From positions 21,149,776 to 21,213,775 of the forward strand of contig NC_068997.1 in the NCBI RefSeq assembly GCF_001194135.2: a DNA stretch of 64,000 nt, written 5' to 3'. The translations under genes were made by a program, and so were the position numbers. This document shows positions 52,193 to 63,649 of the stretch, piece after piece. The notes below the pieces were generated by a model. That model was not told the origin of the DNA, searched no databases, and worked only from the letters and a program-made list of their open reading frames with translations. This DNA comes from Octopus bimaculoides (lineage: Eukaryota). The stretch's first letter is position 1, and the number at the start of each line of letters is the position of its first letter.

Positions 52193-52686
52193 TATAAATA
52201 AATGAATAAATAAATGTCCATAGTTACAAAGGGTGAGAAGTGATTCTTCGATTTGACACTTCATGTCAGTTGGAATATCGCCAAACTACTATTGATAATG
52301 TTGTTGTTATTATTGTTGGTGCTGTAGTTGTTGTTCGGCTTTATTATGTTACTATTGTTATTAGTGGTAGAGCAGCCGATTATTAATTTATTTATCTATT
52401 TATTTATTATTTTGCTGGTCTACAAAAAGAAAAAAAAAAGAAAGAAAGAAAGCTTCTTATCGCTTAATCGTCTCTATCACTGATCAGTAGTGAGTGAATG
52501 AGGGGGGAGGCAGAGGAGAGACGAAGAGACGGAGAGAGAGGAAAGGAGTGACCTAGTAATCGCGTGAAACAATAGCAGTCTGGAAATGTCATCGAAGCAA
52601 CAACAAACAACAAAATAACTCAACTCCTTTGATACCAAAACAGTTTACAGGACAAACAAATCGATCGATCATACTGTCTGCCATAC

Positions 52687-52828
52687 AGGCGGCGAATTGG
52701 CCGAGTTGTTAGAGGCGTCCAATAGAATCATTTGCAGTATTCGTTCTGGAGTCCCGAGTTCAAATACGTCCGATGTTAGTTTTCGCTTTCATCTAATTTT
52801 TGGATTGATAAATAAAGTACCAGTTTTG
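52687..52828 (+). mobile_element. SINE family A, diverged and partial
   Basis: AGGCGGCGAATTGGCCGAGTTGTTAG...GAGTTCAAAT...GCTTTCATC...GATAAATAAAGTACCAG. Confidence 0.72.
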
Positions 52829-52841
52829 TACTGAGAAAAGA

Positions 52842-53070
52842 GTGTGGCGTAGGCATTGGGATGTTGTACTCATCATCACAAGATCGTGGTTTCGATTCGC
52901 TAACCAAGCGATGCGTTGTTTTCTTGATCCAAACACTTCATTTAGCATTGTTCAAATCCACTCAGCTTCAAATGTGTAACCCTGCAACGGACCGGAGACT
53001 CATTCAAGAAGAGTGTTGAGATCTTGGTTACTTATATGCCATGGAAACCGGGTAACCAGCCCTTGTGCTT
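52842..53070 (+). mobile_element. CORE-type SINE, diverged, same 3' tail type as 51122-51385
   Basis: GTGGTTTCGATTCG...TTCTTGATCCAAACACTTCATTT...TCCACTCAGCT...CCCTGCAACGGAC...GCCATGGAAACCGGGTAACC. Confidence 0.8.
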
Positions 53071-53148
53071 GAGACAGTTCTTACTTATATCGAGGTCGAT
53101 TCTTCTCTTTCATTCTATCTCCCTCTTTCGTTCCCTCTCTCTTTATTT

Positions 53149-53350
53149 GAGCTGGCAGAACCGTTAGCACGCCGGGCGAAATGCTTAGCGGTATTTCACC
53201 CGCCGCTACGTTCCGAGTTCAAATTCCGCTGAGGTCAACTTTGCTTTCATCCTTTCGGGATCGATAAATTAAGTGCCAGTTATGTACTGGGGTTGAGCTA
53301 ATCGATTATCCCCCAAAGCTTCAGGCCTTGTGCCTATAGTAGAAAGGATA
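53149..53350 (+). mobile_element. tRNA-derived SINE, family A (near full length)
   Basis: GAGCTGGCAGAACCGTTAGCACGCCGGGCGAAATGCTTAGCGG...GAGTTCAAATTCC...TTTCATCCTTTCGGGATCGATAAATTAAGT...GGCCTTGTGCCTATAGTAGAAAGG. Confidence 0.9.
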
Positions 53351-55774
53351 ATCTACCAAGAACTACAATATACAATATAATCGTTCTTTAAAAAAAAAAA
53401 AAAAAAGCATGAGAGGATATGATGTGAAACAGATTTGGTTGCTGTTTCCTGCTGGTTTTAGCTATCACGTAAAGTCTGTCTTATATAGAGGAAGTCTCTG
53501 TAACGGGAATAAATCGTTGAATTTAGCTTGGCAGACCGGCGCCTCATGGACTCCGTTATCATATTATGTATCCATTTGTTTCTGTGTATCAAAGTGTAAA
53601 TGTAGCTATCTATGTTTATATATGTGTGTATGTGTGTGAATGTGTGTGTGTATCTATATGTATGCGTAAAGTTAAGTGTAACATTATATGTGTGTGTGCG
53701 TGTGTACTTGTGTGTGTAAGTGTGTTTGTGTTTCTGTGCCAAATTAATCAAAGAATGTTTACATGCGTTGATTAATGAACCTTATTCCAGAATATGTCAC
53801 CTTGTTATTTAAAAACAAACACACACATATGCACACACACACATATGCACACACACACATGCACACATACTCACATACACACTACATTCTCACACACTGA
53901 CACACTCATACACACACACACGCATATACACCAAAGGAAATTAATTCTTAACCGTTACTTATTTGTCGATCATTTTCCTGTCTTTGAAAACTCTTTGAAA
54001 TCGAATTAAGTAAAAAGAAAACGAAAATAATAATACAAAAAAATACGAATAAATAAACAAACAAACAAATAACATAACGCGAAATGAATAAAAAAAAAAA
54101 AAAATATATTTTTCAGAATCATTATAAAGATCCAAATTGTTAGATGGTGTTTCCTTGAAACTAATTAATTGTATTTTTATTTAATTTATTTATATATATT
54201 TTTTTTATTTTTAACAAGAAAAATAACTCCACCTGTCACAAACTATAAACATATANNNNNNNNNNNNNNNNNNNNNNNNNNNNNNNNNNNNNNNNNNNNN
54301 NNNNNNNNNNNNNNNNNNNNNNNNNNNNNNNNNNNNNNNNNNNNNNNNNNNNNNNNNNNNNNNNNNNNNNNNNNNNNNNNNNNNNNNNNNNNNNNNNNNN
54401 NNNNNNNNNNNNNNNNNNNNNNNNNNNNNNNNNNNNNNNNNNNNNNNNNNNNNNNNNNNNNNNNNNNNNNNNNNNNNNNNNNNNNNNNNNNNNNNNNNNN
54501 NNNNNNNNNNNNNNNNNNNNNNNNNNNNNNNNNNNNNNNNNNNNNNNNNNNNNNNNNNNNNNNNNNNNNNNNNNNNNNNNNNNNNNNNNNNNNNNNNNNN
54601 NNNNNNNNNNNNNNNNNNNNNNNNNNNNNNNNNNNNNNNNNNNNNNNNNNNNNNNNNNNNNNNNNNNNNNNNNNNNNNNNNNNNNNNNNNNNNNNNNNNN
54701 NNNNNNNNNNNNNNNNNNNNNNNNNNNNNNNNNNNNNNNNNNNNNNNNNNNNNNNNNNNNNNNNNNNNNNNNNNNNNNNNNNNNNNNNNNNNNNNNNNNN
54801 NNNNNNNNNNNNNNNNNNNNNNNNNNNNNNNNNNNNNNNNNNNNNNNNNNNNNNNNNNNNNNNNNNNNNNNNNNNNNNNNNNNNNNNNNNNNNNNNNNNN
54901 NNNNNNNNNNNNNNNNNNNNNNNNNNNNNNNNNNNNNNNNNNNNNNNNNNNNNNNNNNNNNNNNNNNNNNNNNNNNNNNNNNNNNNNNNNNNNNNNNNNN
55001 NNNNNNNNNNNNNNNNNNNNNNNNNNNNNNNNNNNNNNNNNNNNNNNNNNNNNNNNNNNNNNNNNNNNNNNNNNNNNNNNNNNNNNNNNNNNNNNNNNNN
55101 NNNNNNNNNNNNNNNNNNNNNNNNNNNNNNNNNNNNNNNNNNNNNNNNNNNNNNNNAAACGCATTCTTAAATAATGTAGTTGAACATTTACATATGAAGT
55201 TGCTCGCGTATACGTATACTACTGTATTCCATACATGGACAAATAAATACGATCAAACGTATAGGCATGCCTGAGAGTTTAAGACGTTTGCAAGTTAGCC
55301 GCGTAGATCCAGGTTCGCTCTTACCTTGCGTAACTTTGGGCAATTGTATTATTATTTTTTTTTTTATACATCTAACATCGAGTTGATCAATATCTATGTT
55401 GCCAGTATAAGTCTCACCAACGGTGATTTTATCTTCCATTTTTCCAGAGATAAATAAAGTCCAAATAGATAACAAGTGGGTTCCTTTCACTCAAATCCTT
55501 ACCTAATTTTCTGATTTAAAAAACAAAAAAAAAGCACTACGCAATGACCTTTAGTATTGCGATGATGACAACACTGGAAACATTCCGGTATCAATAAACC
55601 TCCTCTCAGAGAAGCATATCCTAACCATTACCACTGTTCTTAGTCAGCTAGGGAAGGATTCACTAAGGTAAGGTTACTAGATTTAATATAGTGTCATTTC
55701 TACTTGTAACTGTGATACCCCGTGTTCCTTACATTCAAAAACACACTTATGATTCCAAACTGACATTCCCTATT

Positions 55775-55870
55775 CAGCTGCTGTTTCTGCAGCTGCTGTT
55801 TCTGCAGCTGCTGTTTCTGCTGCTGCTGTTTCTGCTGCTGCTGTTTCTGCTGCTGCTGCTGCTGCAGCTG
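55775..55870. repeat. 15-bp minisatellite (GCTGCTGTTTCTGCW)x5 merging into (CTG)n
   Basis: Direct. Confidence 0.93.
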
Positions 55871-56466
55871 GTGCTGTTGTTGTTATTGTTGTTAATGTTT
55901 AGCCCATGTCTTCCCTCATCGAATAGACTTATGGTCTAAGGTGCTCCGACCTTGTTTATCTCGCCTTTATGTTTAACCTGGGTTAACTACACAGTGTCCA
56001 ACATGAGTGGAATCTTCTTTTCATACTGTAGTCGTTGACTTTATGTCGATTTTTGTTATTATTTACTAGTACGTCGAACGAACATATATATAAGCTCCTT
56101 GACTGGCGTGTAATGGTTACTATGACTCTACGGTCAATACAACTGCGGTGGTAGAAAGAAACTTTTTCTTACACTGTAACACAGCTGTTAGTAACCTGTT
56201 TTATACTTGTTTTATGTGGTTAATTACTTATATAAGTAACAGCAGATGACATCTGTCATTTGATGAAAAAGCGAGACAGAGGGTTGTAGAAGACAATGTG
56301 CAGAGATATAAAGTTATGTGACAAGACAATGAATGTCACAACTTCCCATTATTCCTTCGGTTTTAATATTGAGGCGTTATGTCTACAAATCATAAAAAAC
56401 ACACGTGCCAGCTGAAAATTATGATTCATATATATATGTGTGTGTGCGCATGCGTGCGATTGTGTG

Positions 56467-56541
<75 letters not shown>

Positions 56542-56647
56542 GGAAAGAAGTATAACAGATAAGGAACTTAAAATCATTTTGAGCACGTAAAACGGCGAGA
56601 ATCAAATCAATGATGTATATATATATTTATTCATGGTGTGTATATTC

Positions 56648-56682
<35 letters not shown>

Positions 56683-57174
56683 NNNNNNNNNNNNNNNNNN
56701 NNNNNNNNNNNNNNNNNNNNNNNNNNNNNNNNNNNNNNNNNNNNNNNNNNNNNNNNNNNNNNNNNNNNNNNNNNNNNNATATATATATATATATATATAT
56801 AGTCTTAGTATACGCACTTGAAAGTACATCAACTTTATATATATATTATGGACAGTATCTATACAAACGTGGAACGGCACTAGCTGTAATATTTCGGCAC
56901 AGAAGGTGTTAAAAATCTATAAAGCTCGTTCAGAATATCGTCGGTTGATCGTCAGACCTGATCGTAACACTGAGTCTGACAAACCACCGACGACATTTTG
57001 AGCGAATCTTGTGTTATTCTTTGTTTTGTATTTTTAATACTCAAGTCTCTTTGCAAACTTTTTCTGAGACAAAATATCACGGATAACGCTTTTCCACTGT
57101 CATAAGTGTTCTATACGTTGTTATAATTTTTTTGGGGGTTTTTTTTTCTGTTAAGCAAGAATACCTTCACAAAT

Positions 57175-57800
57175 ATCGATTTATGAAGTAGTAGTACCTT
57201 CTCATCTGTTTATTTATTAAGTAGCAATATCTTCAGCACTGTCTTATTCATAACTGTTTCTTTTTATTTTATAACTGTTTCTTTATAAAGCAGTAATGAT
57301 TTCACAACTACATGTTTATAAAGTAGTAATAATTTCCACAATTGTTTGTTAATATCCTTATAATTGTTTCTTTGTAAGGTTGTAATACCGCCATAACCGT
57401 TTCTTTATAAAGTAGGAATACGTGCACAACTTCTTGAAAGGGATAATACTTTCAAAACTGTTAATTTCTAAAGTAGTTTATACATTCACAACTATTTCTC
57501 TTTAAATTAGTAACATTTTAACTCTAATAATAGAGTTACACTTTTTTCTGCAAAATAGGGGTAGCTTATCCTGTTCAGGCTATATTATTAGCATTATCCT
57601 GCGTTTGAGAATTTAAAATCACTTTTTTAACATTCTAAGACATCTCAGTGCTTCTAAAGCAAACTTCATTTGTTTGTTTACGTTCATTGTAATTTGGATT
57701 TTAACTCTGTTTTATAAAATAGCAATACTTTTAATACAGCTGTTTCGTAATAAACTAGTAATATCTTAATCGTCCTTTCCTCATAAAGCACTGATAAATA
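57175..57800. repeat. Degenerate minisatellite of about 33 bp, consensus about AACTGTTTCTTTATAAAGTAGTAATACTTTCAC
   Basis: Units at 57273-57305, 57306-57339, 57362-57394, 57395-57427 and 57456-57489, with more degenerate units either side. Confidence 0.8.
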
Positions 57801-58369
57801 GCATTTACCCTTCTAAATTAATGTATTAATGCCTTCACGTCTGTGACCTTGTATTATGATAGACAATACGTCCACAAACACCTTTTTTTTTTTCATAATC
57901 TTGAAACTCTTAAGCTTTCACTACAGTACGACTGAATAAATAATACGATTTCTAATATAAACACATGTAGAAATGTCTTCCAAATAGAATGTTAGCTGTT
58001 TAGTCAATGAGAAATAACTATTTTCTAGATTTAGAAAAACCTCGAAAGATTCAGCGAAAAGCAAATATACAAGTCTGTTAAATAAGTAAAGAGGAATAAA
58101 TATACGACTCATTGTTTGCATGTATGTCATATTTCCTGGTGTCATCTATGGTGGAAGAAGTATACTTCTAAAGTTACTCGCCATATTCGTGAATTTATAA
58201 AGCACACTTGCAGTGTAAAGCGTTAAACATCGTTTCTCCTTACGAACCCTATATACAGCTGAATCGAATGAAAATAACTCATACTTATAAATCACTGAGG
58301 TCACGTGCTAAAGAGCTAATAACACTGTAATATGCGTCCATGGGAAATCTATAATGATTAAAAACTGTT

Positions 58370-58377
<8 letters not shown>

Positions 58378-58456
<79 letters not shown>
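58378..58456. repeat. (TG)n microsatellite
   Basis: Direct. Confidence 0.97.
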
Positions 58457-58467
<11 letters not shown>

Positions 58468-58703
58468 AAGCCCTGTAAAACAGCCACCCATGTTCCACAC
58501 AATAAAAAGGAATATTTTCCTACGTCTACGAAAGTGTTGTATAAAGAAGATCGAGATTACACAGAGTTCAACACGCGTTCGAATTTTTCTCCTAGGATTT
58601 GAACTCAGAACTGAACGAGACAAACCATTGATGAATTTATACACCACACATACAGTTTAAAGCGTTAAACTTCATTTTCCCCTCATCAACTGTATTTACG
58701 GTC

Positions 58704-58755
58704 AGATCGATTGTACTAGGTGATAGTTAAGATCGATTGTACTAGGTGATAGTTA
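58704..58755. repeat. Perfect 26-bp tandem duplication AGATCGATTGTACTAGGTGATAGTTA x2
   Basis: Direct. Confidence 0.96.
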
Positions 58756-59490
58756 AGCATTTGGAAAAAGCATTAAAACGACAATAGTCACTTGATACGA
58801 ACCGCCGACCCTTCGACCACACTAAGCTAAAACCCGCATAAATAAGTCAGCTGCCACACCCCGACTTTTGCTAATGTACACATCATCAATCGATTATCCC
58901 ACAATCTTATATGTCCATCAAACTAGTATTATTCACCACACGAATTGTTTCGCGTATGTAATCATGTTAAAATTTCCGCCAAATGTAAACGTTTTGATAA
59001 ACAGCAATCAAATAGGTGTTCTTTTGAAATAACAACTTCCTTACAAGCTAAAGAAATATATAAAACACGATACTTCTTGTATTTTTCTATGTTTGTTGGT
59101 TTTGGTAATTAAATTTGGCGACTTTGTAGTTCAGAAGTAGAATAAATAATGTTGATTTTTTTTTCTTTAACTAAATGGAAACACCTTGTATATTTAGGGA
59201 AATAAAATTGGATGTAACGAAGTGCATGCCTTTCTCGTGAGCATTATTAAAACATTTAATTGAGAAAAAATTGTTTACAACTACTGATTACAAGATAAAA
59301 GTCGTGACCCAGCCTTGTAGGTTATTTCCCAATATTTACATCTTTTGTGAATTACATTTATTTCTTACATGAAATTGAGGCCAAAATATACCAACTATAG
59401 ATTATTGAATTTACCCTGGTGCTTATTTTATTGATCATGGAGGAATAAAACATTAAAATAATCTCACTTTCAGAGTGAAAGATTACAATA

Positions 59491-59700
59491 AATATTGGTT
59501 TCAAATTTGGAAACAAGGCCCGCAATTTCAAGGGAGGGGCAAGTCGATTACATCGACCCCTGTGATCAACAAGTACTTATTTTATCGACCCAAAAGGACG
59601 AAAGGCAAAGTCGACCTCCACGGAATTTGAACTCAGAACATAAGAATTATTGCTAAGCATTTTGCCCAGCATGCTAACGATTCTGCCAACTCGTCGCCTT
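59491..59700 (-). mobile_element. SINE family A
   Basis: AAGTCGATTACATCGACCCC...AAGGACGAAAGGCAAAGTCGACCTC...ATTTGAACTCAGAAC...AACGATTCTGCCAACTCGTCGCCTT. Confidence 0.87.
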
Positions 59701-59789
59701 GAAGGTGTAGTAAAATATTGCAAGTCATTAACGTGGCTACTCTATCGTTTTGGTCACAGTAGCACTCTCCGGGGGTAAAAATGATATAA

Positions 59790-59878
59790 TAAGGCAGCGA
59801 GCTGGTAGAAGTGTTAGCACGCCAGACGAAATGTTTTGCCGCAAGCTGTCCGTCGTTATGCTCTGAGTTCAAATTCTA
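59790..59878 (+). mobile_element. SINE family A, tRNA-like head only
   Basis: AAGGCAGCGAGCTGGTAGAAGTGTTAGCACGCCAGACGAAATG...CTGAGTTCAAATTC. Confidence 0.78.
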
Positions 59879-59924
59879 ACATCGGTATAATACCGCAAAT
59901 TTTTGAAGAAAGTATAACCCAGGA

Positions 59925-60070
59925 TTTAACTGGTACTTATTTCCATCGACCATGAAAGAATGAAAGGTAAAGCCGGCTCAATCAAAAAATGAACTCGAAA
60001 CAAAAACGGTCGAAATTAGACACCGTACGGAATTTTATTAGCAATTCTGCTACACTAATAATTCTGCCAT
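59925..60070 (-). mobile_element. SINE family A, degenerate
   Basis: AACTGGTACTTATTTCCATCGACCATGAAAGAATGAAAGGTAAAG...GAACTCG...AATTCTGCC. Confidence 0.68.
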
Positions 60071-61358
60071 GCAGTTCCTTTGATTTCAAGATATTGAAGG
60101 CCGTAGAGCAAAATGTAAGCGATATAAAATCGAAAATGGCAATGCAGTTTCGATTCACCGGTGAGTCTATTTTACTTAAATAAACTCAGCTATTGCCCTT
60201 TAGAAGGACATGGAACTTACATTTCCCGTTTCCCTTCATATTACCCCCCCCCCCCCCACTCAAAGTAAAGAACTCTGACAAAAGAAGATAACATTGATAA
60301 AGGAATACAGATAATAGCAGAATTAAACAGGGAAGGAGGACAACAAAGCACTGGAATTTTAGCGGAATTAAATAACATTAAATAGACATGCAAAGAATAT
60401 GCTTAGAATTAGCGGTACTACCTTCATAACAACTACCAATATTGCTACAATAAGCAATAACATTTTCGTTATTGTGTTCTACATGTTTGTTAATGTTCTT
60501 ATTATTGTTGTTCTTATTGTTGATGACGATATTGTTTAGGCAAATGTTTGGCCATTATTAATCCACAATTTAGAAATAGTGAAAAACCTCAAAATAAAAC
60601 TTTTTTTTTTTACAAGAACTCGTTTTTGTTTGACAATACTGTTTGGAAAAGGTAAGGCCAACAACGTATTGTCTGCAAAGAAGTACAAAACCTCACAGAC
60701 ACACACATACACGTATAGATACAAAGCCACACTTACACACACACTATGCTACTCATATACGGTATACTATACACACACACGCGCATACGCACATTATTAC
60801 ATACAAAAGAGGTGCAGCAAAGACAATGCAAAAAGCAAAACATAACTGATAACTTTATAATGCATTTTTAAAGGTTTATCCGTGATTTGTGTTTTGTATC
60901 TTTATTACTAGAATTGCTTTAGAGTTGACCTATATTGTTTGCAAAGTTCATTATTGATATTCCTCAACAAAGAAACGGCGCTTTTCAATGGAGACGAGGA
61001 ATTACATCGAGAATACTACAAATGGAAAATAAAAAAATAATAATAAAAGAAAATGAAAGAAAGAAAAGGAAAAGGAAAAGAAAACTCCATCTAAAAGAAC
61101 AACACAACAACACAGAACCCACAGTCAATCCGCAGTTTATGATTATTTCCGAAACAATCTATGTTGCTTGCTGTTACTACTACTACTACTGCTACTACTA
61201 CTACTACTACTACTACTACTAGAAACAATGATGATGATGATGATGACGATGAAATATTAATAGTAAAACATAGGAAATGAAGCATATACTAAAAATACAA
61301 TTCAAGTGAAATTCTACAGGAGCTAACATGCCCACAAATGCTTTATGGAGGGACGTAT

Positions 61359-61393
<35 letters not shown>

Positions 61394-62640
61394 TATATAT
61401 TCATATCAAGGCGTATACATGTATAATATATATATANNNNNNNNNNNNNNNNNNNNNNNNNNNNNNNNNNNNNNNNNNNNNNNNNNNNNNNNNNNNNNNN
61501 NNNNNNNNNNNNNNNNNNNNNNNNNNNNNNNNNNNNNNNNNNNNNNNNNNNNNNNNNNNNNNNNNNNNNNNNNNNNNNNNNNNNNNNNNNNNNNNNNNNN
61601 NNNNNNNNNNNNNNNNNNNNNNNNNNNNNNNNNNNNNNNNNNNNNNNNNNNNNNNNNNNNNNNNNNNNNNNNNNNNNNNNNNNNNNNNNNNNNNNNNNNN
61701 NNNNNNNNNNNNNNNNNNNNNNNNNNNNNNNNNNNNNNNNNNNNNNNNNNNNNNNNNNNNNNNNNNNNNNNNNNNNNNNNNNNNNNNNNNNNNNNNNNNN
61801 NNNNNNNNNNNNNNNNNNNNNNNNNNNNNNNNNNNNNNNNNNNNNNNNNNNNNNNNNNNNNNNNNNNNNNNNNNNNNNNNNNNNNNNNNNNNNNNNNNNN
61901 NNNNNNNNNNNNNNNNNNNNNNNNNNNNNNNNNNNNNNNNNNNNNNNNNNNNNNNNNNNNNNNNNNNNNNNNNNNNNNNNNNNNNNNNNNNNNNNNNNNN
62001 NNNNNNNNNNNNNNNNNNNNNNNNNNNNNNNNNNNNNNNNNNNNNNNTATATATATATATATATATGTATGTATATACGTGTGCGTGTATGTAACGTTTA
62101 TTGTAGGGCTTATATTGCATAAGCATCACTAAATGTATTTGGATCTGGATGGGTTGTTGTGTTGTTATGGTTACGCTTTACTATTGAATTCGCAGCCAAA
62201 TGTTAACAATATAATTACATAGATTTTCATCATTATTATCGCTTTATTTCTATTGGCCGTTGACATTGCACGTTTACTGCCGGATAAGTTTGTTGATGCC
62301 GCATGTTGCTATCAATGCTGCGATAGCGGTCGGGATGGAGCCGGTAGTACAGGCGAAGGTGGTGGTGGTGGAGTAGATATTATTGAGGTGGTGATGGGGC
62401 TGATGGTATTGGCTTGTAATCGCCGTCGTTGTGTACGGATTTCTGGTTTCTTGTTCTGTACTTTGTACCGGTGGTTTTTGATGAGCGAGGATCACGTTGA
62501 TAAAGATTTCAAAGTGATGATAGCAGGAATACATGCACACATACATGCTCGCATATGTCAGTATATATGTATAGATACATATAGATTAGCAATAAATTCA
62601 TAGCTATATATAGATATAGATGGTTATATATATATTTTAT

Positions 62641-62695
<55 letters not shown>

Positions 62696-63126
62696 TATAT
62701 GTACATATATNNNNNNNNNNNNNNNNNNNNNNNNNNNNNNNNNNNNNNNNNNNNNNNNNNNNNNNNNNNNNNNNNNNNNNNNNNNNNNNNNNNNNNNNNN
62801 NNNNNNNNNNNNNNNNNNNNNNNNNNNNNNNNNNNNNNNNNNNNNNNNNNNNNNNNNNNNNNNNNNNNNNNNNNNNNNNNNNNNNNNNNNNNNNNNNNNN
62901 NNNNNNNNNNNNNNNNNNNNNNNNNNNNNNNNNNNNNNNNNNNNNAATGAATATAATATATATCTATCTATATATATACAATGTATATATGTGCATAATA
63001 ATTATAATATACATGTATTCTTATATGTAATATAAATACACACACTCACATATAGATACACATAAACATATAATAAATTATAGACAAAGTGTTATATATA
63101 TTATACCTATATATAAATTATATACG

Positions 63127-63162
<36 letters not shown>

Positions 63163-63649
63163 TGAACACAAAAACATATATCTCTATCTGTATGTATGTT
63201 CCTGTATGTAAGTGGCTGAGTCAGTCTCGTACACACACACACATACATACATACATACATACATACATACATACATACATAGCAAGATAGATATCTTGAG
63301 TGAATTCGAGTGACTCAACTAAATTGCAAGCGACAAGAATAACAACCTATCACAACTAAACAAAGCGTAGTTTCACTTTCGTGTCAGCTTACATTTTGTA
63401 GTTGTTGTGTAACACAATGTAAGCTTCGAATAAACAGACCGACGCTGAAATCTATTCATTCAGAGACAATTTCATCTTTACTCTTAGTTGTAAATCCTCT
63501 TCTATGCGATCTTAATGTGTACTTTTATGCGAACAACGTGTTCTGTTGTGTGTAATTTTATTTGGTTTCCGCTGCCGTTCTGTTATATTTCGAATGACTA
63601 CTTTGGGGCTCACTGGTTAACTGTTAGAACGAAGTCCTTTGTTTTGAGG

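Noticed and set aside
62253-62603. 116-aa ORF with Cys and Gly clusters
   Set aside because: It is built on degenerate GGT/GAT/GTT low-complexity sequence and runs into (CATA)n. No recognisable domain.
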